Of a DNA stretch of 64,000 bases, positions 23,701-35,700 are shown in pieces; the stretch's first letter is position 1, and every line of letters begins with the position of its first letter. The notes beneath the pieces were generated by a model. The model did no database searches. It saw nothing but the letters and a program-made list of their open reading frames with translations, and was not told the origin of the DNA. A program made the translations under genes and the position numbers. Location of the stretch: positions 319,599 to 383,598 of the forward strand of contig MU057930.1 in assembly GCA_013265495.1 (NCBI GenBank), written 5' to 3'. The DNA is from Vicugna vicugna (taxonomy: Eukaryota).

Positions 23701-26700
23701 CTGTATCTTTTTGACATGGCCCTATCCTTTTTTCTAGCACTTTCTTAATTTTCTATCATCACAAGATATTCCAGGCTATAATGAAGTACAATTTGAGCAA
23801 AAAAAAATTAAGTGGAACAGAGGCAAAGTTCATTTTGATGAAAGGTACGGTCTCTGAAAATTTGAGCCTCAAACTCATATGCAACGAACAATGTAGGTTT
23901 TGAATCTGTAAAGCAAAAATCAGTGGAGATTGCAGTGGACGTCTGTTGGTTTCTGCCTGTCAGCATTCACTCCTCTCTGCCCACACAGTTTGGAAAGAGG
24001 AAGTACTTTCCTAGGAGATGACCCGAATCAGTCTATCTCAAGACTGTTTCGTATGTCTTGTTTTCACGTTTGCCTAAGTTTTAAGCACGATTGGAATGTG
24101 GGCACAGCTCTGAGACACCCATGGGAAAAAACCCCTGAATATGAGTGGTTTGGAACCACGTTTCATGCGACTGCCCAGCACAGGACAGCGTGTCTTGTGT
24201 TCAGGGTCTCCTGTTCTCCTAGGATTTGGTGTCTCTTTTCCAGGGTCGTCCTCTCCAGGCTGTTTGATGAGGTCATTGAGGTGGACCTCACAGACAGTGC
24301 AGACTACATCCACCTGGCCTTCCTGAAGAGACCTGAGCTCGGAGTCACCCTCACCAAGCTTCATTGCTGGACGCTCACCCATTACAGCAAGTGTGTCTTC
24401 CTGGACGCAGACACCCTGGTGAGTCTAGGGGAGGGTGAGGACCCTCTCCGTCCTTAAGCGGGCTGCTGGTGGAGCCCATCAGGTCACGTCCATCCCTCGC
24501 ACCAACATCCATGTTCAGTCCGTCAACACCAGGTAGAACCCACCTCCTTAGCCCTGTGCCCGACCCTGCCGAGGACATTTGAGATACTTGAAGGTACTTC
24601 CCTTCCCTATGATGGGCTTTTAATAACTACATCATTTCATCCTCACAAAATCAAATAACTGGGAAAATAATACTCTGCCTTGATTGTGAATTCTATACTC
24701 CTGATGGGGCTGGTGCACCTGGCTGCTTAAGCTCTTGTTATTTGGGGTAGTGGTGCCTGCTGGTGTACGAGCCCAGGATGGGTACTTCCAGAAACAGCTG
24801 TTGGAAAGTCGAAATGTGCAGTGATGTTGGAGTGTGGGTTGTCTTGGTTGCGCAGAAGCAGCTCTGTAAGAAATAAGAATGAGAGAACCATCAGAGTCAG
24901 TTTTTTTTTTCCCCCAGACAGAGCACAATTTAGCAAGCCGATAGGTGTTGCAGGCAAGCTCTGTGAGGCAATTGATTACATTATATTTCCTTGCAAACCT
25001 CCGCGTTGGTGTCTTTCCCAAGCCTCGTGGGTCACGTGTGCTAGACAAAAGAGAATATATGATTAAGAGAGGTCCACGGAGGGTCTTAAGAGCCTCGAGA
25101 TATGAAAAAGACTATGAAAACGAATGTAAGTATATATATGCAGGGCTGGGACATTGTGCCAAACACCGGGAGCTGACACATTCTAACTGATGGCACTTAG
25201 TTAACAAAGAGACGGTGTTCCTTCTGTCCCTTGAAATCAGCTGGAGAGCGTGACATTGCAAGCTCTTCTCCTTTGAATATAAGCCTAAAAATAAGAGAGT
25301 CAGTTAAAAAAAAAACAAGGCGTAAGTTTCCCATCACTGAAAACGCCGTCCCGGCCTGAAGTCGCTGTCGCGTTTCTCACCCGTGTCCCGCCGGCTAAGG
25401 GAAGGGCCCCCACGCCCCGCTTCCCCAGGTGCTGTCCAACGTGGACGAGCTGTTCGCCAGGACGGAGCTCTCTGCGGCCCCCGACCCCGGCTGGCCGGAC
25501 TGCTTCAACAGCGGGGTCTTTGTCTTCCGACCTTCTCTGGAGACGCACGGCCTGTTGCTGCAGCACGCCGCCGACCACGGCAGCTTCGACGGTAGGTGAG
25601 GGCGAGCTCTGCGGAGGGGGGTGGGGCTGTGGCCAGGGCCCCACCACCCCGTTATCGGCGAATGGCAGCTGGGAGTCAGTGAAAGATGAGGATCAAAGAG
25701 TAAGTTCGGGCAGGGAGATAGGAAGAAACAAAGAAGGTAGTAAGTAAGTACAGGGTAGGGACGCCACAGGCCGGATCACATGGAATGGGTAGACAGCCTT
25801 TCTCGAAAGAGCCAGAGACTAAATGTTTTCAGCATCGTGGGCCATACGATGTCGGTGGCCAACGTTCATCCCTGTGTTTGTAGAGGGAAGTCAGGACGGG
25901 ACTTGACAGGAAGTCAGTGAACGTGGCGGTGTTTGCATAAAACTTTATGTACAAAAAATGGTGCGAGCCGGCGTTGGCCAACCCGATATAGAGTGAAGGG
26001 GAGAATTAACTGGGAGCCAGTGGGAAACCAGATATTTGCTTGACTGGGCATTAGTAGATGGGAAACACGTTAGCATTTTTGTAACGTGGAAGGAGATGCT
26101 AGACTGTCGAAAAAGTGGAATGTAAATTGCTGCAGCCACCGTGGAAAACGGTATGGAGGTTTCTCCAAAAACTAAAAACGGGACTACCATGTGACCCAGC
26201 AGTCCCACTCATGGGGATAGCTCTGAAAAAACCCAAGCCATTTATTCATAAAGATACATGCACCGCAGTGTTCATAGCAGCAGTATTTACAATAGCCAAG
26301 ACATGGAGGCAAACTAAGTGTCCATCGAGAGATGACTGGATAGAGAAGATGTGGTATATATACACAATGGAATATTACTCAGCCATAAAAAAGAATGAAA
26401 TTTTCCTATTGGTAACAACAGGGGTGCACCTGGAGGGCATTAGGCTAAGTGACATAAGCCAGACAAAGACAAATACATATGATGTCACTTATATGTGAAA
26501 CCTAAAAAAATACAACAAACTATTGAATGTAACAAAACAGAAGTAGACTCATAGACACAGAGAACAAACTAGAAGTGACCGGGGGGAGAGGGGAGGGGGA
26601 GAGGCAGGATGGGGGAGGGGAGTCAGAAGCACAGGCTTTTAGGTATAAAATAAGCTGCAAGGATACATTGTACAACGTGGGGAATATAACCAACGTTTTA

Positions 26701-29700
26701 TAATAACTATAAATGGAGTGTAACCTTGACAGACTCTGAATCACTATTTGATCCACCTGTGACTTATGAAATATTGTACAGCAACTAGACTTCAATTAAA
26801 CAATAATAATAATCAATTGATAGGAAAAAAAGAAAAATGGCTTTTAGGTAAGGATGGGGAGGTAACAAAGTTGGCAGAAATGGTGGGAAAACTGGGATAC
26901 CAGTGTGTCCGTTACACCCTTGTGTTCTCTTGGTGCTCTGCACCATTCTTTATTAACTTCTTCGGCTGTTTGTTATCACTGCACCATTCTTTATTAACTT
27001 CTTTGGCTGTTTGTTACCACTGCACCATTCTCTATTAACTTCTTTGGCTGTGTGTTAACTCTTTAGGGGCAGACCAAGGCTTGTTGAACAGCTTCTTCAG
27101 TAGCTGGTCCACGGCCGACATCCACAAGCACCTGCCGTTCATCTATAACTTGAGTAGCAACACGGCGTACACCTACAGCCCTGCATTCAAACAGTAAGTT
27201 TTATGCCTTCTACGCCTGCCTCCTCCGGCCAGTGGTTCTCCTTCAGAATCTGTATCACCTTTTTGCTTTTTGAAGGAAAAAAATAACCAGGTCATCCCTC
27301 TGCTTGTTTTTTTTTTTTTTAAATCATTTTACATGATAGGTAGTCAAGGCAGCTGGGCTCAAGGACAGTGGTTCCCAAAGTGTTGCCCAGGGAATACCTT
27401 TGGGGGGTTCCTTGCCACCCTTTCAAGTCTGTGGAGTCAAAATGACTTAAAAAAATTAATTCTAAGACGTTGTTTTCCTTATTTCACTCTTGCTGTCTCA
27501 TAAGTGGACAGTGGGACTTTACAGAAACACCGTGACCTGGTAAGGTGTTGCATTGAATGCAGATGCAGATGTGAGAAATCAAATGTTTCCCCTTAAAATG
27601 GTCGGTGTCACTTTTTCTACAGATTAAATATGTATGTACCGCTTTAGTTATATTTTATGAAAAAACATGAAAGATGTCACTCTACAATCTTTAAAAATAC
27701 AGTTATATAGTTATATTTTTATGAAAAATATGAAAGCTGTCTATAAATTTTAAAAAAACATACTTATATTTTATAAAAAATGAGTCACTCCTAACAAATT
27801 TTTTTTAAATGTCGTTATATATAGTCGTATTTTATGAAAAAATATGGAAGGTGTTGCTCTACAAATTTTTTAAAATATGCTTATACACACAGTTACATTT
27901 TTATGAAAAAATATAAAAGTTACGTGAATGTATAGTGGGCCAGTTGTTTTTTTAATGAGTTGACACATGTATTTTGCTCAAGTCTCAGTTTTAATTTCTG
28001 TTGCGATAAACATATACAGATAGAACCCATAGGGGCAAAGCGTTCTTGGTTCTCAGTGATTTTTTTAAGAAGGTCGAGAGGTCCTAGGACCGAAATATGT
28101 GAGCCCCACTGCTCTGGGTGATGTTGTTATAAGGGAAAATGGAAAATCTGAGGAGAGTTCAGGAGATAAGCGTGGAGCATACATTTTTTTTAACTTTTTT
28201 TATTGAACTGCAGTCAGTTTCAACGTGTCCATCTCTGGTGCACAGCACCATGTCTCAGTCATGCATATGCATACATATATTCGTTTTCATATTCTTTTTT
28301 AATTAAAGATTATTGCAAGATACCGAACATAGTTCCCTGTGCCATATGGAAGAAATTTGGTTTTTTTTTAATCTATTTTTATATAAAGTGGTTAACCTTT
28401 GCAAATCTCAAACTCCCAGATTGATCCCTTCCTACCCCGTTTCCCCTGGTAACCATGAGATTGTTTACTGCATCTGGCAGTCTGTTTCTGCTTTTAACAG
28501 GGGCCATATTGCCCTCCCCCAAGGAGACCAGAGGCTAGTTCTTGGGGACTGAAAATCCTTTTTAATATTAAAAAGCACAGATTTACATATAAAATATAGA
28601 CAGACAGTGAGAAAGTGCTGTTAAAGTTGCACAAGAACGCAATTAAGGCGGTTAAGGGGGAGAAATGCCTTGGAACATTTCAAGGTTGGTAGGAGTGGTG
28701 ATAATGAACCAAAAAAGGTTGAGAGGGGATAACTTACAATCCTTTGCAAGAAACCTATTTTCTGGTTTGCAGCTTGCGTTGTCCACAATAAAAAAATTTT
28801 TTTTTTTTTGCGTTCCTGTCATTTTCAGGATGTGACAATTTGGGCTGTGGTTCTGCCCATCTTTGTAAGACTCCTGATTTACTCTGCCTGTTTCGGGGAA
28901 CTGCCCCATGGGTTTCTAGTATGTTTCTTGGTGTAGAGAAACTAAAACACCACAAACATGGATTGAATGACGGATTAGTTTTACGGCAAGTCGAAGTGAC
29001 AGGATTGTCCGTCACCCGTTGAGGTGGACCTTTCCGTCCCGCTGTCTGCGCTGAGGCCGATGCTTGTCCCAGGATTTCTGGGTGTGGTCGCTTCCGAGAG
29101 AAAAAGCAGAATGTTCTGTGTTTCCTTCTCAGGTTTGGCTCTAGCGCGAAGGTGGTCCACTTCTTGGGGTCCGCGAAGCCTTGGAACTACAAGTACAACC
29201 CCCAGACCGGCTCGGTTCTAGACCAGGGCTCCGGGTCAGTCAGCGAGCACCAGACATCCTTCCTGAACCTCTGGTGGCGGGTCTACCACCGCAGCATCCT
29301 GCCGCTTTACGAGAGAATCGGGCACGAGGAAGTCCACGCGTCTCCGGGACACACGGTAAGGCGACTGTTCCCTTGAAACCCCAAGAACTGAGATGAGGGA
29401 GAAACTCTCCAGGGTCCACAATTGCGTATTTCCCTCGACTCCGCCCCTTCTGATGTACAATCTGTGTCTCACCTAGAAGGATGCTCAAAGAGGCAGGGCA
29501 CAGTTTTTGTGTGTGTCTGTGTGCGACAAAGTCGTGAATGTGTCGTGAGCAGAACGGCTGCTTCGATTTACAGGACGGATGTGTAAATAATTACTTAAAT
29601 TCGCCGACTTCCTCAGGGCAAGAGTCACTCACAGCTTAACTGGCTGAAGCTGACTGATTACAAGTTGTCTTTCAATGGGTCGTTTCCCACGTTGAGTCCC

Positions 29701-32700
29701 CGAGTGAAGTAGCAATCGGAGGCGGTTTCTGAAAAGGGTCTTTAAACTTTGATTGGAAGACAAAATATTATTGATTGGCACCCATCGGATTTTTCTGGTT
29801 TTTTTAATTTTTTAAATTTTTAATTTTTTTTCCCATTGGATATTTTTAAACTATGACCCTAAATGCTCTTCGTGGTGGAGTTTCTCAAGTTGATTTAATA
29901 AGGATGAAACAGCCTGGCAAATGACCTTTCATTATTTTTTTTTAAAGGAAGGGTAGTTGATTTACAGTGTTGTGTTAGTTTCTGGTGTACAGCATAGTGA
30001 TTCGGTTATAAATAAATAAATATACATTCTTTTTCAGATTCTTTCCTATTATATATTATTACAAGGTATTCAATATGGTTCCCTGTGCGGTACAGTAGGA
30101 TCTTGTGTATCTGTTCTGTATACAAATCCCAAACTCCTAATTTATCCCTCCCCTTCTTTCCCCTTTGGTAACCATGAGTTTATTTTCTGTGTCTGTGAGT
30201 CTGTTTCTGTTTTGTAAATAAGTTCATTTGTCTCATTTTTTTTTTAAGTCTCCACATATAAGTGATATTTCTCTTTCTCTGTCTGACTAACCTCACTTAG
30301 TATGACCATCTCCAGGTCCATCCCTTTTGTTGCAAATGTCATTATTTTATTCTTTTTCATGGCTGAGTAGTATTCCTTTGTATAAATACACCACATCTTC
30401 TTTATCTAGTCATGTGTCGATGGACATTTAGTTTGCTTCCACAGCAAAGGACCTTCTAAAATTAGGTACCAGGAAACTATTTCACAGTCAGTTTTTTTCT
30501 AGGTATAATTTATTGCTACAGTGGAGTCCAGTGTCAGCAAATGCATGTGTTGGGCCCTTGAAAAGAATTCCTATTTGAGTGTTGGCTATGGGTTTTCTTT
30601 GGTGGAGCTGGATGCTACTTTTCAATGAGCAGGACTAAAACTTTTTCTGATTGTTGCCCACAAGTGAACAGGAGTTTATTCAGATTCATGTTGTGGATGC
30701 CAAGCTGCTTGCTAGGTATTGCTTGTAGAGGAAGGAAGTAAAGCTTTGAGTTGGGTGGTTCCAAGAAACCGGACATAGAGAGCGGTCTGAGAGACCTGCA
30801 CCATGTGGTCCTTTCTCCACCTGTGTTTTATCAAAGCTAACTTTGTCTTGTCGCCAAGAGTCCCAGGGCCCCTGGGGCTCTCTCTGTCGGCCCCCAGGTG
30901 TGGGATCCCTTGTCTCTGGCCCTGAATATTTATAGGTTATGTGGCATCCGTTGGCCAAGCTTCCGTGTAATGCATGTGGATGTTGGGGCTGAGGACCACC
31001 AGCCCCGCAGAGGGTGGGGTGGGTCCTGCGGCCCCGAGAGTGGCTGGAGTCTTGAAGAGATGCAAGGAGGACTTGCTAAGTTCATCTCCCTTTTGTGCAG
31101 ACTTGCCTCACGGGCGGTGGGGTCCCGTGTGCGAATTCGGCACCCACTGCTGACGGGATGTGTGCAGATTCCACTCCTGGCGCCCAGGAGCTGTGTGCAA
31201 ATTCACCGGAGGGCTCCAGCCAGCCTTGGCCTGCTGTAGACCCTTCAGAGAGGACCGTGGTGGTGGAGGAGAGCCCTGCTTCACCTGAAGCACACCATTT
31301 GGAAGATGTAAGTACTGCACTCTGAGATGCAGAGGCAGACAGTGGCTGCTCAGTGAGATGGAGCAGAGAGGATGCTTCCTGGGCCTCTGGGGAGGAGGAT
31401 GGAGGGGCGGTACCTGTCCTCAGTTCACTGTGGCATTAGGACCTCCTGCCTTTATTTACAGAATTGCTAAGTTAGCAGGGAGGATGTAGCTCAAATGGTA
31501 GAGCACGTGCTTAGCATGCACGTGGTCCTGGGTTCAGTCCCCAGGACCTCCTCCAAAAATAAATAATAAACACTAATTACCTACCCCCCTGCCAAAAAGA
31601 AAAACAATAAAAGAGAACTGGTACATTACACATCACAGCAAACCCAATAAAAGATGTACAATGTTAACTAAAGTTTATTGCCTTAAAACTTTGTTTTGGT
31701 TAGTAGAATTACTGGTGTATTTATGTTTAAATCTTATCATCTGTTTTAAGAATCTTTTTCGAGGTGGGGTTGGGGACAGCTCAGGGGTATAGTGTGTGCC
31801 TTGATTGCATGCACAAGGTCCTGGGCTCAATCCCCAGTACCTCCATTAAAAAATAAACAAGCAAACCTAATTACTTTCCCCTCAAAAAAGAAATTAAAAA
31901 ATTTAAAAACCTTAAAAAAAAGCATCTTTTTCTCTCTCCTGTTTTGTCTTCCGTTGGATTAACTTTTAGTTAACTCTCTGTCTTACACATCCATTTTGCA
32001 TTGCTTGGATTATTTTTTCAATGGTTACCTGTAGATTCCAGTTTTCATTCCTCACTTGTTATAATGTGATAAATGGAGTATTTTTCGATACTTTCTGGCA
32101 ACAGAAGAGCCCCAGAGAACTTTCCCTCCCTTCATGTCCCTCCCACGTTTTGTGTTATTATGACACATTTTAATACTGTAGCCATTCTTCCCAAGCAGAT
32201 GTATCATTTCACCTGATGTTCACCCCTTGTTTCATGTTTCTATCAGTAATAATTTTTTTTCTTCTCATAGAACTCTCTTTATTATGTATTTCAGTTCAGG
32301 GTTAGTAAATTCCCTCAGTGCAGGTATCTGAAAATGCCTTCATTTTGCCTTCATTTTGGACCATATTTCACTGGGTATGGAGTCCTGTTTTTTATTGAAG
32401 TGTAGTTGATTTACAATATTGTGTTACTTTTGGGTGTATGACACAATGATGAACATTTTATATATATATATATATATTCATTTTCAGATTCTTATCCACT
32501 ATAGGTTATTACAGGATATTGAACATAGTTCTCTGTGCTGCACAGTAGGACCTTGTTGGTTATCTATTTTATATATAGTTCTGCATACATGTTAATGCCA
32601 AACTCCCAATTGATCACTCCCTGACTTTCCCCTTTGGTAACCATAAGTTTGTTTTCTATGTCTGTGAGTCTATTTCTGTTTTATAAATAAATTCATTTGT

Positions 32701-35700
32701 ATCTTTTTTTTTTCTTAGATTCCACATATAAGTGATGTCATATGACATTTGTCTTTTTCTGGCTTACTTCACTTAGAATGATGATCTCCAGGTCCATCCA
32801 TGTTGCTGCAGATGGCATTATTTCATTGTTTTTTATGGCTGAGTACTATTCCATTGTGTATATATACCACATTTTCCTAAACCAGTCATCTATTGATGGG
32901 CACTTGGGTTGCTTCCATGACTTGCTATTGTAAATAGTGCTGCTATGAACATTGGCGTGCATGTATCTTTCAAATTAGAGTTTTAGCCAGATATATACCC
33001 ATAAGTGGGATCACTTAGTCATATAGTAACTCAATTTTTAGTTTTTTAAGGAGCCTCTATATTGTTTTCCATAGTGGCTGCACCAATTTACATTCCCACC
33101 AAGGGTATGGAATGCTCACTGGGCAATTATCTCACAATGACAACTAGGAAGATATTTCAAAATCTTCTGACTTCCTTTATTTCTCAAGGAATTCATCTTC
33201 CAGCCTCATGTGTATACATTGGAAAGTAATCTGTCTTCTTGCTCTGGCTGCTCTTAAGATTTTTTTTCTCTTGGGCTATGGTTTTTATCGGTTTTCTCAT
33301 AATGACTCTGGGTTTATTATTGTTTGTATGTGACCTACTTGGGGTTTGTAGCTCTTCTTGAAATTGTGTCCCTTCTGCCCTTTCTCTGTCTCCCCCCTCC
33401 AAAGTTTGTGATTCCAGTTACATCCACAGTAGGAATTTCATCAGGTGCCTTTGACTGGGGCACACTTCTGCCATCTGTCTTCCTGTGCTTCAGTCTACTG
33501 GCCTGTTTTCCACTTAACTAATCTTCTCTCCGGCTGTGTCTAATCAGTTGTTAGATTAGACCTACATCCTGCCTGCTTTATTTCAGCTGCTGTGTTTTTA
33601 GTTCAAATAAACATCAGACGTTTAAGAGGGGGTTTTCAGTACTCCCTTGAAATTGTTCAACTTGTCCCTTTATTTAAAGTATTTCTCATATTCAACTGTA
33701 GTCTACAGAAATCATACGTCTGCATTTCATGTGGATCTGTTTTTGTGCTTTGACTTTGTCTCCTCTTGGTTTTCAGTCATATGGTCTTGTCTTGCCACAT
33801 GCTGGTTAATTTTTGATGGACTCCAAGACATTGTATATGGAAACGTGGGGATAATTTGAGGCTCTGAATTGTATTATATCCAGAGAGCATTTCTTGTGGG
33901 TTTTTTTTTTTTTGGCAGGTGGCTTGCCCACAGCCTATTAGAGGTCAATTTGGAGTGAAATTGAGCTTCAGTGTTCGTGAGAGCTGGTCATTTTTCTGAT
34001 TCTCGTTTCAGTAGAATCCCCGGTGAAAGGAGTCTCTCGCGGTGTTTAGCGGGTCCCTCCTGGATACCTCATCTATTATGGACTCCTCAGCCTCATAGGA
34101 CTGCCAAAACGTCTGCTCTCCCCTCAGCTATAACCTCTTAGTTGCCTGGAGGTGAAATACGATGCTAGATGTCTGTATTATACACATATTATACATATAT
34201 GCATGTTGGGGGCATCCAGTCTTTTGAGTTCTTTTCGTCATGAAATTTACTGGCAAGTAAGTAGTTTTACCCATTGCTGAAAGTGGAAAAAATCCCTCTT
34301 TGGTTCTCGAGCAGATTTCTATATTTATATTTTTAGCTCTCACCGCCTCCACCAGTAGTTAACTTTCACGAGGTTCTAGCCCATGATGCTAAGGAGTGCG
34401 TCTTCTTTTCGTTCTAATTGTCTCTGCTCAGGTTGTGTCTGTGAGCATCCTGTGTCTGTCTGGGGGGTACCCATTCCCTGCATCATCTGGCTTTACGATG
34501 TCCTCTTTCTGTTTTCATCTGTCTAGACTGAAGGTACTTTGATTCTTAAGCTACTCTGTACCCTTCAGCTCCCCCCCCACCTCTTCTTTGAGCCAAGAAT
34601 CCTATGAATTGTTTCCAGTCCCAGAGTCTCTCTCTTCAAGGTGACCCAAGCTTCTGGCAGCTCGTTAAGGGTATGAATCGGTGAAACACGATCATCTAAG
34701 GACAAAAATAAATGTTGTTTGTGAAAGTCGCGTTGTAAGCGTTTGCAAGCCTGCCAACAACTGTCTGAAAGGCTGGCTTTGCACCATAGCGTTATTAAGT
34801 CCTTGCTCAGAATTCACTCCTGGCTTTCTGCACATGTAAAGAAGGAAGTCCCTACTTGTTGCTAGGAAGAGAATGGGGAATATTTATTATATCCTTTTCA
34901 GTTTGTATTTCAGTCATTCACGGTCATTATTTTTAAATAAACCTGTGGTCTTGTTTAGATAGATTAGCATGAGTCGACGTAACTTCTTTTCCTGCTGAAG
35001 TTAAATTTGTAAGCATCTAACTTATCTGCAGAACACCAGTGGGAACATTGTCTTATTTTATCATTTCTTATCAAATCAATAACCTGGAGTTACATCCCTT
35101 CCAGGGAAGGATAACGTCACGACGGCCCACACAGGATTTATTTATCTGTTCTTTGCGGAGAGAAATTAAGGTGACAGAATTGGTGTGTTCCCTAATCCGA
35201 TTTGAAACGAATCTTTCTGAGATGACTCAAACCCTCTGGCACTGTCTGTTCGCCAGGCTAATCGCTCCACTTGTCAGTTACAGCAGATGGTTATGCTATG
35301 TATTATTAAAGAATTTAGGGCTCCGAGACAGTGAGTAATGTATCCAGCGCTTTTTAAAAAAAAAGGCTGTCGGGTTTTAAATCTAGAACACTGATTGCCA
35401 CTCTCCAACACTGACTGAATAAGGAAATTATTTGTATGGTATTTGTATTTGTATAATAGTGCAATTATCTCATCCATCATTTCCCCCCTAAAGGGACATC
35501 ATTCCTTTAGGAACATTTCCCTAAAGGGGGAAATGATGTGTTCTGTGGACCATAGTGTAGGATGTAGTAATGACGTGGGCTGTATCGGGCTTGGCGGTCA
35601 GATAGGTGTGTGTTCAAACCCCTGTCTCTCTCACTGGCCACCTCTGGCGTGTTTAACGAATGTCTCTGTCTGCAAATTAAACTTTTCACCAGTAAGAGAA

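Noticed and set aside
26938..27058. Regular direct repeats as a possible CRISPR-like array
   Set aside because: Head-to-tail units without unique spacers, in a mammalian intron, with no cas genes.
34527..34533. 7-nt exon-like signal gtctag|ACTGAAG|gtactt
   Set aside because: Would shift the frame in a phase-0 intron, has a mediocre donor and no other support.
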